A DNA stretch of 64,000 nt, from NCBI RefSeq assembly GCF_001194135.2, contig NC_068988.1, positions 73,220,008-73,284,007 of the forward strand. Reading direction: 5' to 3'. The DNA comes from Octopus bimaculoides. Taxonomy: Eukaryota. The notes below the pieces were generated by a model. That model was not told the origin of the DNA, searched no databases, and saw only the letters and a program-made list of their open reading frames with translations. This document shows positions 50,404-62,966 of the stretch, one piece after another (positions within the stretch are counted from its first letter, which is position 1; the number at the start of each line of letters is the position of its first letter). Position numbers and translations under genes: made by a program.

Positions 50404-50965
50404 AACTGTTTGGAAATGGAGCGATATTTAAAAAACGAACCAAAATTAACTGCTTTTAAAAATCTTAAATCTGATCAAAATTCTTTTGATGATTTTAATG
50501 ATGAAGATGAAGAAGATGAGAATGCTGATAGCAATGGTGATGGTTTTGAAGAGATGGAAGACCTCAATTTGGAAGATCAGACAATGGATTCTGTTAGTGT
50601 GCACAGTTTTGAATCTTCTTCAAGTGGTGTGTCATGGGATAGCAATTTGAGTGACACACCAGTTTCCCCTCATAAATCTCCAAAAGATTCTATAATTGGA
50701 AGCTGCCTCTTAAAATGTCGGGTTGGACATAAATTAAACAATACTGAAAGAAGTGAAATAAAAAAAGTTGCCATGTACTCATCACCAGGAAAACAATCAC
50801 GTTCATACTCTCTTCAACCAGGACACATTGCTCAAGTAATTCACCAATTTGAAAATGGATCAAGTTCAGACATTAGAAGAAGAATACACAAATGTTTCTA
50901 TGAGGGCTGTAAAAAAGTCTACACAAAAAGCTCTCATTTAAAAGCTCATCTTCGAACGCATACAG
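50404..50965 (+). CDS. KLF6/7: Internal coding exon of a Kruppel-like factor, KLF6/7 (luna) subfamily: N-terminal motif, acidic/Ser-rich domain and zinc finger 1
   Basis: Acceptor ..tttatatttacAG|AAC (phase 0) and donor ACAG|GTAAT (phase 1); 562-nt open frame. [13 protein letters not shown] corresponds to KLF6/7 [44 protein letters not shown] is a KLF ZF1. Boundaries match the vertebrate KLF6 exon 2 as I recall it. Confidence 0.93.
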
Positions 50966-51789
50966 GTAATCTATTCATATTCTCTTTGATGTGATGAGCA
51001 CTATAAAATAGAAATAAACACTGGAAAATGGGGTCCACTATCTGGTTTTGGGTTAGTTGATGTTTTTTCAGTCTTCTTATGTTGCTAATGTCTTTGGAAA
51101 GGCATAGGTAACCCCCATCTCCCTGAACAGTTTTATTTTTCTCCATCATCCAGTGTGCAATCTAGTAAATTTGGTTTAATTCTTCCATTACTACTTTAAG
51201 AAGTTTATTGCTTCGCTGATGAGGTCAAAGTATATAAATCAATATAGAAATAATGTGTTATAGATTTGTATAATTTTGCTGTAATTATTTTGTGTTGTAA
51301 TTTCTGTAAAATCATAAAAAAAAATATTTTCCATGTTGCTTGACTCCACTAATTTATGATGAAAAAACATCATCATCCCCCCCCCCCTTCATTTATATTG
51401 TCTCCAACAGTGCTTGTTGCAGTCCCTTGTCTTCTGCTTTGTGAGGTTCAACATCCTTCTCCACTCCTCATGTCTTCCTTGGTATTCAACTTCCACAGAT
51501 TCTTTCTATTTGGATTGCTTGATACTTATTTACCCAACTGTCGTCCTTTGTATGCATCATGTCTATACCAGTGCAGTCTACACTTGCACACTACTGCTGA
51601 TTCCTCTCATACCAATTTTTCTCTGCATTTTCTATTATTTTGTTACTGCATACTAAAATCTTGCATCCAGTGGAATATGCTTGTCTCATTTCTTTCCAGC
51701 CTCCATGCATAATCCACATTTAATGATCATGATTTACTCCCAAGCAATATCATATTGTGCACTAACACCATACAATCTGCCCTTCACTC

Positions 51790-51790
<1 letters not shown>

Positions 51791-51840
<50 letters not shown>
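51791..51840. repeat. (AG)n microsatellite
   Basis: Direct observation. Confidence 0.95.
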
Positions 51841-51841
<1 letters not shown>

Positions 51842-51989
51842 TCTGTTTGTTGTAAGCAGAGTTGAAAAGTCTCCGAACTTTTCTCTCCCATTCTTACTTC
51901 AACGGCTGTGCTTTCAGAACATATAACTTAAATATTAGTTTGGTCATCCAGATAAAAGAAGTTGTCAACTAATTTGAGAAAGCTTTCTT

Positions 51990-53200
51990 GGCATTTGAAA
52001 CACTTTACTTATTGCTAGCTGCTGCTGTGCTACATAAAAAGTATTTCTTGGTCAACCTACCTGTGATCCCACTGCACTTCTTGTGCAACCATGGTTTACA
52101 TCTGGTACACAACATAAAATTCCTGCCCATGCCTTCTTTGAATATCAAACTTGGCCACTTTCCAGGTGGCATGGTTTACTCTCAGTTAAAAGTTTCTCCT
52201 GTAGGTGTCTCAAAAAAGAAAAACAAAAAAAAAAGAGAGAGCATTGATGGTACCCCAACTTGGTATCTGAACTAATTCTCTTCCTAATTAGCAGCACCAT
52301 AAATCTTCCTGTTACTTTTGTTATTTTGGCCCATCAGTTTGTAGTTACTCTTTTCTCTGTACCAGTAGGTGAAGATATTGCTATGCTAGTCATTTATGAT
52401 AACATTTCCCCCGTGTTACTTGATTTACTATGTGAGCATTTAGTATGTATCTTACTTCAACAAATATTTTTAGTATCTCAACAACTTCCCTGATTATCCT
52501 GCTCCTTTCCAACCCTCATATTCTTAATTACACTTTTAACCTACCATGTGGCTGACAAATTTAATAGCCATTGCCTCTAATGCATCTACTTAGAGTAGTT
52601 CCTCTCTTTCCCCACACATTTTCTTTATTAAACAACTTCTCATAATAGTAATTTCAGGCTTTTTTTCTTGTTGGCATCAGTGAGGGCACATGTGCTACTA
52701 CCATTCCATACACACTTTCCATCAATGACATCCAGATTACACTGACACACCCCTTTGTAATCTGAAACACCTCCTGCCTCTTATTCTTATAGCATATGAC
52801 ATTGGAAAACCTCTTAATTCTGGCTTCTCTACTAAAAATATGATATAGTTACTTGCTTCTCTCCTTTCTTCTATTCTTTGCAGGTCTTTCACTTTACTTT
52901 TATACTTTAATTTATTATACCACTCTGTCATGTCACTATTCACTTGACAATTACCTTGCTTCATCTGTAGACCTCTTTTGTGGTTTGCAGCAGTTTGTCT
53001 TTTAGAAATTCCCACTTGTCTTCTTTATTATAGGTTTCTATCATTTCCTTGCCATAGGCATTGCTTAGCACTTCTTTGAACTTACATAAGGCCAGAAGCT
53101 TGTGTATCTTCCTTGTCCAGATAATCATGGGTCTCTTCTAGCTCTTACCCTGATATCACTAATCGCTATTCCTTGTTGACTGGTACATTCTTCACCAATG
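51990..53200 (-). mobile_element. Decayed RTE LINE (linker/RT/Cys-rich fragments)
   Basis: 52020-52130 is homologous to 1450-1570 and 16400-16490; RT-like remnants KVTGRF..LIRKR lie upstream. Confidence 0.6.
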
Positions 53201-53639
53201 AAAGAATTAGTATTCACAAGTTCTATATTCCATTTCCAGGTGAGTATGAAGTCTGCCTGAATGATAGGTGACTAATTGGTTGGCCAATTTGCTGAAGCTT
53301 GTGTTGCAAATTGTTTGATCATTTGCATAATAGAACTCCAAAAGCTTTTATTCCTCTTCATCCATTGTATCATATCCATAACCCATGTAGATTGAATTAA
53401 CTGGTGTCGTCCAATGTGTCCATTAAAGTTTTTGCAGTATTCAAGTGTTGAGGAAGTTGTAATGACAAGGAAATATCTTCAACAATGTTTTAATAACACT
53501 AAGTAGTAATATTCATAATTTATAGCGTGATGTGCAGTTTTGTAAGATGTGTGTGAAATAAAGATTAGTTAAATAGTAAGAGAGAGTTGAGAACTGAGGG
53601 ACATTTTTTCCAGCAGTAATTAGAGAAATATCTAACAAG

Positions 53640-53697
53640 AACCTAGAACCATGTGGTTGAGAAGCAAACTTCTTACCATACAACCACTCCTGCACCT
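53640..53697 (-). mobile_element. SINE family B, 5' fragment
   Basis: Reverse complement of the family head. Confidence 0.7.
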
Positions 53698-53949
53698 ATT
53701 GTTCAAATTTTGAAAATGTTTTGAAATTAGTCAGTAAGGATTGAAGAACAAATGAGATGCATGTATGTATAAATATATGCTGTAATCTTAGGTTGCAAGT
53801 CAATTTGTTAACAGTGTGTGTGTAAAATGCATGTGTGACAGCAATAGTGATGTAGCTGTTAAAAGTATTTTATGTGTGAAGACAGTCAGTATATAATGGA
53901 TCAAAATTGAGATGCATAAGTCAGTCATGGTCAAAAGGAAAACCATACA

Positions 53950-55450
53950 GAAAAAGAGTTGAACAGTGGTTACATTCTTGCTGTGTGAGTAGCAAAGATG
54001 ACAATAATGATGACAGTGGTGGATAGTCTGACAGGAAAGCTGAGATGAATTGCAATCTTGAACTTCTACTTTAATCATAGCCAGAGTTGCAAACAAAATT
54101 GCTCGCATGATGTTAATTTCAGATAGCTGTGTTCTATATAATTTGGCAATTTAAGAAGAACAATGAAGAAAGACTGTTCACTATGGTTCATCATGAAAGT
54201 GAAGATAACCTATCTGTCAGAGATGACAGTATGGAGACTTGTGTTTGTCTAATGGTTTCTTGCCTGTCAATGATGAAAACAATATGGTGGCTTGTGTCTG
54301 TCAACAATGCATTTCAAGTCTTTCAGTGATATTGTGTAAAAAAGAAAGACTTCAGGTTGTGTTTTGTGGTATTTCTTGCTGATGTTCCAAATTTATAAAG
54401 AAATATAATTTACATTTGGATTAATGCAGCTAAACATGTTTCTCATAGCAAGACTAGCTGAAGGAAAAGTTCTGTTTGAAGTGCATATTCAGTTGTTGTA
54501 AAGTGACAAAGAAAGATAAGTAACTTCAGGGTGTGACATGTATTTTAACAGTAATGATTATCTGTTCATATGATCATTGTTCATGCAATTTGTCAAGGTA
54601 GCTTAGTCTGTGCAATGGAAACAAAAGATGTGAGGGCAAAAACTTATACGAAGCTATGGTTAGTTGTTCTTTTCAGAAAGTTTGTAATGTGAAAGAAGCT
54701 TAACAGTAACAAAATCATGGCCTGTAGTGTTAGAAGCAGTGAACCATGTACTGGTAGAAGTTTGCAATAATCCAAAAAGCAATACATATATATACAGATA
54801 ATTTAGACAGATATATACTAGGTGAAGAGGCATCTAAAAAACTTGCTGTACTGATATAGCTGACCTGCTGTTCTGCTGTTATATCATGTGATGCTGTGTC
54901 TCAAGATCTGTATTGTTTTTAGTCAAGGTTTACCAATTTTGACCTGAAGGTATATTGGTTTTGTATCTGCAGACATGGGGCACTGGTAATTTTTTTATTA
55001 TAAGGTCAGGAATGAGTATGCCCACATCAGACCATCATATTTTGCCAGTTCAGTTCTTAGTTGGTGGTATGATGTCTATTAATAAGCTGCATGGCTGTGC
55101 CTCACTAGAAATTTTATTTGCTGCAAAATGTGCCTAAATTAGGCCAAATATATTTCGCAACAGTACAGTCAAAAATGAAATTGTTTCTTGAGTGGCTGGA
55201 ACATCACTACTTGTTGGAACATCGCTGGATTCAAAATATTGAGGGATGTCATCACAAGTAACATAAAAAACTGCAGTAGATTAGTGAAGAGAAGAAATGA
55301 AGTAATTGGAATATGCAGCAAAAATATCAATACAAACAGGTAATGAAAAATAAGTTTGTCTTGGCCATAAGAATAGAAGAAGTTTTCAATAAGTGTGACA
55401 GTTTGTAAGAAATAGCAATCAAAAATCATAAATCTCTCTTTCAATAATTT
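53950..55450 (+). mobile_element. Probable decayed KDZ (Zisupton-type) DNA transposon
   Basis: NFDLK...ICRHGALV.F..SG, then frameshifted NEYA and WYDV, resembling KDZ G.FG..CRHG...GE.Y.Y...YDI.C; Cys-rich segments upstream. Boundaries approximate. Confidence 0.5.
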
Positions 55451-56102
55451 ATAATATTTGTCTCTCTCTCTCAGTATTAATGTATTGTGTAGGCTGCCTA
55501 ATTTTCATCATTCTTCATTCACCAATTTTTTGGGTTTAAGTGCTGATGAAGAAGATGTAACGGACAAGTTGATACCGGATATGGTAATGTTAACCAAAAG
55601 CAGATTTAACGTTGAACATAGGTGTTGTAAGTTTAAATCCAAGGACACTATCCACTTTGTAAAGTCACCTACCATGATAATAGTCTTTGTTATCTATTAT
55701 CAATGTAATGTGTGTAAAAACTTTATAAAAACAGTTCTTTTGCTCATTTGTCTGCCCCATAGTATTGCCTATGACTTATTTTAGTCTGAATTTCTTTACT
55801 GTCATTATCATTAATACACCCTGATTTATTCTGCAATGTCTTGGTTGTTGCAACTTATGGTCTTTTGCAGTTGCCTGTTGTATTCGGTAATGTTTTTGGA
55901 ATTTCAAATGGAATCCTTTTATTCACACAATGGGGTAAATTGTTTTTGTTCCATTGACCATAGCATGGATATTCTCATAGTAGTCTCATACTGGTGATGC
56001 CACTTGTTTATACTACTGAAACCAGTGCATATACAGATTAGATCAAATGACCCATGGATTGAACCTATGCCCAACAGATAAACTGAAATACTTGACACTT
56101 AA

Positions 56103-56305
56103 CCCTTTCGTTACTGTATTTATTTTGAGATGCTCTGTTTTTCTTTCAATTACTTTAAATATAACAAAGAATTTAGTAAAATAACTTAGTTATCATTCAG
56201 CTAGTTTAGGAACATAAATTGTGACTAAGGTTTGGTGGAAGAATTTAATTCAAAACTTTGTACTCAGAGCCAGAGCCAGTTTCAGTTGGGTTGGTAATGA
56301 AAGGG
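56103..56305. mobile_element. piggyBac-type MITE, second copy, opposite orientation
   Basis: TTAA|CCCTTTCGTTAC...GTAATGAAAGGG|TTAG; homologous to 3844-4062 with a 16-bp internal deletion. Confidence 0.85.
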
Positions 56306-56622
56306 TTAGTTAGTATTTATATTCATTATGCTATTGTCTTGTAGGACAGTTAGGGGATGGACATTATAAGTTTCAAACCTATATTTTATGGTCTTAGGCA
56401 ATGTTCTGAAAAGACAACCACATAGACTGCACATATGATTTGGACCACCAAGAGCTGCAGATAAGTTCTGATCTTTGTGGATCTTAAAATGATCTGTCAC
56501 AAACTGTGCACACAAAAAGGTCATTGTCATTCACTTTCTCGATCGATTGTAACATTCTTCACTAGTTCTCTTTTCTGTCTTACACGCGTTAAACTGGCCT
56601 CTTCAAATGCTTTTGCTCGCCA

Positions 56623-56712
<90 letters not shown>
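56623..56712. repeat. (TCTG)n microsatellite
   Basis: Direct observation; source of the LSVC ORFs. Confidence 0.95.
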
Positions 56713-56719
<7 letters not shown>

Positions 56720-57270
56720 TTATATATATANNNNNNNNNNNNNNNNNNNNNNNNNNNNNNNNNNNNNNNNNNNNNNNNNNNNNNNNNNNNNNNNNNNNNN
56801 NNNNNNNNNNNNNNNNNNNNNNNNNNNNNNNNNNNNNNNNNNNNNNNNNNNNNNNNNNNNNNNNNNNNNNNNNNNNNNNNNNNNNNNNNNNNNNNNNNNN
56901 NNNNNNNNNNNNNNNNNNNNNNNNNNNNNNNNNNNNNNNNNNNNNNNNNNNNNNNNNNNNNNNNNNNNNNNNNNNNNNNNNNNNNNNNNNNNNNNNNNNN
57001 NNNNNNNNNNNNNNNNNNNNNNNNNNNNNNNNNNNNNNNNNNNNNNNNNNNNNNNNNNNNNNNNNNNNNNNNNNNNNNNNNNNNNNNNNNNNNNNNNNNN
57101 NNNNNNNNNNNNNNNNNNNNNNNNNNNNNNNNNNNNNNNNNNNNNNNNNNNNNNNNNNNNNNNNNNNNNNNNNNNNNNNNNNNNNNNNNNNNNNNNNNNN
57201 NNNNNNNNNNNNNNNNNNNNNNNNNNNNNNNNNNNNNNNNNNNNNNNNNNNNNNNNNNNNNNNNNNNNNG

Positions 57271-58270
57271 CAACGGCCACGCTCAAAATGGTGTTTTTTA
57301 CATGCCACCTGCACAGGAGCCAGTCCAGCGGCACTGGCAACGACCTCGCTCGAATGATTTTCTAACATGCCACCAGCACAAGTGCTAGAAGGCGACGCTG
57401 GTAATGATCACACTCAAATGGTGCTATTTACGGGCCACTAGTACGGAAGCTAGACAGCTGCTCTGGCAATGAACACAGTCGGACAGTGCTGTTAGTGCTC
57501 CACTGGTGCAGGTGCCAGTCATCGAGTATGGTTCAATTACGATTTCGATTTCACTTGCCCCAACAGATCTTCGCAAGCAGAGTTTAGTGTCGAATGAAGG
57601 AAAGGTTGGCATGGGTGCCAGTCTTTGGATTCAGTTCGATTTCGATTTTAGATTTCAAATTTCAAATTCCAAATTCACTTCCCTCAACAGATCTTCGCAA
57701 GCAGAGTATTTAGTGTCCAATGAAGTAAAGATACGAATAAGTGAGCTGGCTACACTTCTGGCAGAGGTCACAGATTATGCTCTCACTTGCCTTGCCGGAT
57801 CTTCTCACGTACTGCATATTTCTAAAGGTCCCGGTCACTGGTCATTGCCTCAGTGAGGCCTAAAGTTCGAAGGTCGTACTTCACCACCTCATCTCAGGTT
57901 TTCCTGGGTCTACCTCTTCCACAGGTTCCCTCAACTGCTAGGGTGTGGCACTTTTTCACACAGCTATCCTCATCCATTCTTGCAACATGCGCAATTGTCT
58001 CTCTTGCACACCACAACTGATGCTTGTTAGGTCTAACTTTTCTCTCAAGGTACTTACACTCTGTCGAGTATGCACACTGACATTACACATCCATCGGAGC
58101 ATACTGGCTTCATTTCTTGCGAACCTACGCATGTCCTCAGCAGTCACGGCCCATGTTTCACTGCCATGTAGCATGGCTGTTCGTACACATGTGTCATACA
58201 GTCTGCCTTTTACTCTGAGTGAGAGGCTCTTTGTCACCAGCAGAGGTAAGCTCTCTCTAAACTTCTCCAG
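57271..58270 (-). mobile_element. Relatively young RTE LINE 3' fragment (ORF C-terminus plus 3' UTR)
   Basis: SLSLRVKGRLYDTCVRTAMLHGSETWAVTAEDMRRFARNEASMLRWMCNVSV; the UTR contains a duplicated caacagatcttcgcaagcagag unit at ~57560 and ~57685. Confidence 0.9.
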
Positions 58271-58299
58271 TTAACGCATACCACTAAATATTCAATAAG

Positions 58300-58830
58300 A
58301 ATACAGTCAAGGTTAGTTATAATTGCCTCAGTAATATAGTGTCATAGATATTAAACCACAATAAGAGAACTATACATACTAACAATTTGAATCCAACTGA
58401 ACAAGACTGAAATTTTAGAAACTGGTTGCCATGTCCACTAGATGGTTGGTGCCTCACAAAAGAGATCTTCCACAAGGTAAAAGTTCTATGCAATGGAGAT
58501 ACTGCAAAATCATATTTAGGGCTCACAAAAAACATCTTTGAGGCCCATTTCATGCAACACCTTTACATGTTCTGTAACAGTAGTGGGAGGAATTCTTTAT
58601 CTCTATCCAAGTATATCTGGCATCTAAAGGACAATGGTATAAATATTTCTACCATCAAGTGGAGCATTTTAGCAAAAGCAAGTGCCCATAACAGAAGGGG
58701 CACAAAATATAATCTGTGCATAACTATAAAACTGAGCATCCTACCTGCAACTAACATGCTAAATTCAAGAGAGAAGACATTTGCCCCCTGCCAACATGCA
58801 AAAAAGTTCAGTCTGCAAATATTTAAACAT
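58300..58830 (+). mobile_element. PLE GIY-YIG endonuclease region
   Basis: VSYNCL.N..HNK, CPLDGWCL, KSYLGLT..F, SLSKYIWHLKD..IKWSILAKA, YNLC, LNSR.K..PCQHAKKF. Confidence 0.85.
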
Positions 58831-59279
58831 ACTCCTTCCCCAGGACAGGATAGCAGCAACCATGAATGCAAATTTCTAATCATAGGGTCCTCACTTCATC
58901 CTTATCATAATAATGATTGTTACTGCCCACCCCATCATTATCCCAACTATTACTGTCATTGTTACTACCTACCCCTTTTGCCAGTGATTTCATTACTATC
59001 CTTATTATCACTAGTTGAACTGCTGTAAACATTGTTTTGTAACAATGTATTCAAAGTGATTATTTATCAAGTGTGACTAGTTTTTTTAAATGATTTTTTT
59101 TTCTTCATTTATTCATTGCTGTTCTGTAATTGTATATGAACATTTATAAATTGGAAATAATTTTAAATTAAGTAGATTCATTCCTGCAAATGTTATTATA
59201 TGGTCACTAAACAGAATTTTGGGAATTTTCTTTTCATTAATGTGTTGTCTGTGCAATAATCTGGGTTGTTCAATGTAGT

Positions 59280-60300
59280 TTTCCTGACATCCATGACATG
59301 CTGTTACACAGATTAAATCCTTAGAGTTGCAAGTAAGTTTGAAGGTTTATCTATCCGGAAACTTGAACTCTGAGTCTTTAGTTAAATTTATGTATGTAGC
59401 ACAATTTTATCTTCCACATGTTATCGGGAAGAGGATGTTGGAAACTCGTTCATGAATTTTCAAGCTAATTATTAAATTTTTCAATGTCTTGGGTTGTCTT
59501 CTGCTATTGATGATTTATTGATTTTCTAGAACTTTTTAGAATTTTTTGATATTTATATAAAATAAGCAAGTTTTTATAAATGTACTCAAATATTTTAGTA
59601 CTTCAAGAGTACATTGTAGATACATATGGCACTACTTTTTTATCTTTCTTAAATCTTGAAAATATATACATTTTGCTCTTTCTATTCCATTTGTAATTAG
59701 ACTGGATAGAAATGCTCTTTGAATAAATATGTTCTTTAATTCATCCAGTCTTTGATTATGTTTTGAAGGATTTGATACTATTGTGCCAATTCTTTTTTCA
59801 AAATTGAAAGGAATGTTTTTCATGTATGTTTAGGGTGACATGATATGAAGAGGAGGCTTTTAGTGGATTTGCTTCTATCTTCTCACTTGTTTTCATAATC
59901 AAAAATACTAAAAAATGGCACTTCCTTCTAGTTGAAATCCATCATAAATTCAATATTATGGTTGATGCTGTTAATGAGATTTTTTAAATTCCATAAGTTT
60001 ATCAAGATTATCCTGCCATAAATGGAACAGTCACCTAGATAGATATCTTTACCATTTGTCCTTTAAATATGTGTAAAATGTGTTTTCAAATATCTAGCAA
60101 TTTATCATACATTTTTTTCATGTTAACCCATGGGGAGTAACTTTAGTACCCATCTCTCTTCCTGATATTTGTCAGTACATTGAGTCATTCATTTTGAAAT
60201 AATTGTTTTGCAATATGAATCTCAGTCCATCAACAATGAAGTTTTTTCAGTGTAATCTGGTAACTGAAATTGAAAGTGTTACTTTAATATATTCAGTTTT
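59280..60300 (-). mobile_element. PLE (second subfamily) RT core/thumb fragment
   Basis: GLRFILQNNYF..QISG..MGTKV.P and KNIPFN..KRI.TIVS...RLDELK..LI.NGI..AK.I..DLR. Confidence 0.7.
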
Positions 60301-61212
60301 AGAGTTTTTACAAGTGTTACAGATTTATTTTGTTTATTTTGGATAGGCCATAGAAATTTCTGGTTTTGTATCTGAAGTTGCTAATATAATCAAATGTTAC
60401 ATTCTGGTTCTTCAGATGTCATTGCTCTCTCTTCTAATCCACTCTTTTGCTCACCCGAGCAATGGTACATGTCCTAGATTATTGAGTATTTTTTACACTT
60501 ACACAATTACTACCCTCACCCACTTATGGACTTGCTGCAGTCATTACTCTCTCTGCCTATTTTCCCTCCTTGGTCAACATATCCTAGTCCACTAAATATA
60601 CTCTACATTGACCAGTGTATGAAGCACCACCAATCCTGTACTGATGCCAAAACAGAAAGCTCATAAATCCCACTCACTTAAGTGTGATTTGAAGCAAAGT
60701 AATTACATTCTACTGTCTGTTCAAGAGAAAATTCCAATTTTCCCATAATATTCCCCAAACTTCCTTACTGCACAAATTGCATGCAGTGCAGCTACCTTGA
60801 TAAGGTCTTCCAGCTCTAATAATAGACCAGGTAATCTAATAGGAAATATTCCTAGCCCTGATGTGATGGTTATAATTTGATGATGCAGTGGATGATTTGT
60901 TTTTAATATTAGAAAATGAGCTAACATGAGCTCAATATCACCTCTTGAAATCAGTGAAAGACCCAGTGCATATTTTAGTCAAATTCTGGTGCTTAGCATA
61001 AACAGTCATTTATAAACTAAGTTATATTGTAAGTAATGACACTTAGAGAGCAATTATTGAGTACTCTACAATTACAATTATTTGTATCACATGTTAAATT
61101 ACCATCAGTATTGGTGTTTTATTATTAGTATTGTGATTCATCACACTATTATCAGTAATATCAATACTATTAACATAATTATTGTTGTTGTTAATATTAT
61201 TATTTAGTCATT

Positions 61213-61420
61213 GAGCTGGCAGAATCATTGGCATGCAGACACAATGTTTAAAGATGTTTCACCCATCTTTATGTTCTGAGTTCAAATTCTGCCATGGTCA
61301 GCTTTGCTTTTCATCCTTTCAAGGCCATTAAACTAGTTACCAGTTGAGCACTGGGGTCGATGTTATCAACTAGCCCACTTCCTTAACATTTCAGGCCTTG
61401 TGCTTATAGAAGAAAGAATT
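61213..61420 (+). mobile_element. SINE family A
   Basis: Homologous to 25303-25520. Confidence 0.8.
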
Positions 61421-62172
61421 AATATTATTATTGATATTATGAGTTTTTCCTTCTTTATATTTGGTTTCCATTTCTTCCAATTATTCCAATATTACTTTTA
61501 AATGAATGTTTAAAATCTCTTTATTATTAGGACAAGTAGTAGTAGTGGTAGTAGTAGTAGTGTTGATGCTGAGTAATTCCAAGGTAAAATTTTATTTATA
61601 TTTTACTTTTGGCTTCAGTCATATGATATTAGAAGAGCTATTATAGTTAGAGATGCTGTTATTGTCATCAGAACAGTTAATATTAGCATTAGCTACAATG
61701 ACATCAATGTTATTATTATAGCTACAATTATTATAATTATAATCATCTAGGTTGTTTATGGATAAAGCCTAATTTTCATCTATAAGAAGCTACAATTATA
61801 GAATCAACATTAGACTTATATTATTCATTTTTTAATTCAGTTTCAATTTGCTTTTAATGTCTGTTTTTCTGTTATAATCAATCATTTTTCATCCCAGAGA
61901 TTCCTGTCATTTTGAAAAGTAAAAATGTTCTGTCAAATCAGCTTTAAATGTTTATTTGATGAGTTGCTAATAAATTATTACTGCACCATTTATATAAACA
62001 TTTATAGATGTTAATATATGTATATACAAATATATATGTGTGTGTGTGTATGGGTATATATGTATATATGTGTGTCTGTCTGTCTGTCTGTCTGACTGTC
62101 TGTCTGACTGTCTGTCTATCTATCTATATAAAATGGAAGAACACCCTGTGTGTGTGTGTGTTTATATATATA

Positions 62173-62910
62173 TAAAGAGTGTGATGGGTAAATTGTCACC
62201 ATTTTATATTTTTAATTTTGCACATGTGTATTGTTTATTTTTGATTTTTTGACTACACATTATAGTAGGATCAGTTGGGCACTGTATGTGAGAAAAACAG
62301 CACCAATTCACTCTGCCACAAATTTGGAAATGGCATGCTGTACTGCTTGGCATTCATGCCAGAAGCTCCAATAAAAACATTTCAGAGTGTTTGGCTGTCA
62401 ATTTGAGGACAATGCAGAGGATTCAGAAACAGTTAGATGTGTCTAATAGTAATTATGAAGGTACTGCAGCTTGGAAAACTCTCTCTCTGATCATTCTGAT
62501 AAAAAAAGAACTCCTGAAATTGTTGGTGAGATCTAGGCCATGATTGACAATGATCCCTCCAAGTCAATCAGGTCCATCGCCTGGGACATGGGAGTGTTTG
62601 ACTTTCTTATCAGGCAGGTAAAGCGAAAGACCAACAAAACTCCTTGTAACATCAAAGATGAACTGAAGGCAAGGATTATGGCAGCATTCACCAACTTAAA
62701 CAAGGAGACTGTCCAGAGGGTTGTAGGAGATTCCGAAGTCATCTGGAGGCTATGGTTGAAGCCAATGGTGATTTTATTGGATAATTTACTCTTTAGTATT
62801 TCAAGATATATTTATGTAATTTTGGTAAATATATCTGTTAAAATGATATGCCAGTATTATTTTCATTTTTGTGTAATTTAGACAACAATTTATTGACTGC
62901 AGCTTGCATA
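62173..62910 (+). mobile_element. Tc1/mariner (maT-like) non-autonomous derivative
   Basis: In-frame fusion of the N-terminal IDNDPSKSIRSIA.DMGV..LIRQV to the C-terminal NKTPCN.KDELKARIMAAFTNLNKETVQ; catalytic core absent; degenerate termini. Confidence 0.7.
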
Positions 62911-62966
62911 TAAACACACACACACATGCACACATTTATAAAATGGAAGAACACTTTGTATATATA

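Noticed and set aside
53930-53970. GGAAAACCATACAGA (GKPYR), a possible start of KLF exon 3
   Set aside because: No following Cys/His zinc-finger pattern.
55460-55990. Minus-strand GDFTKW and KSAFG, resembling viral RdRp or RT motifs
   Set aside because: Isolated short matches in inconsistent order and frames; the region may instead be the 3' part of the KDZ-like relic.
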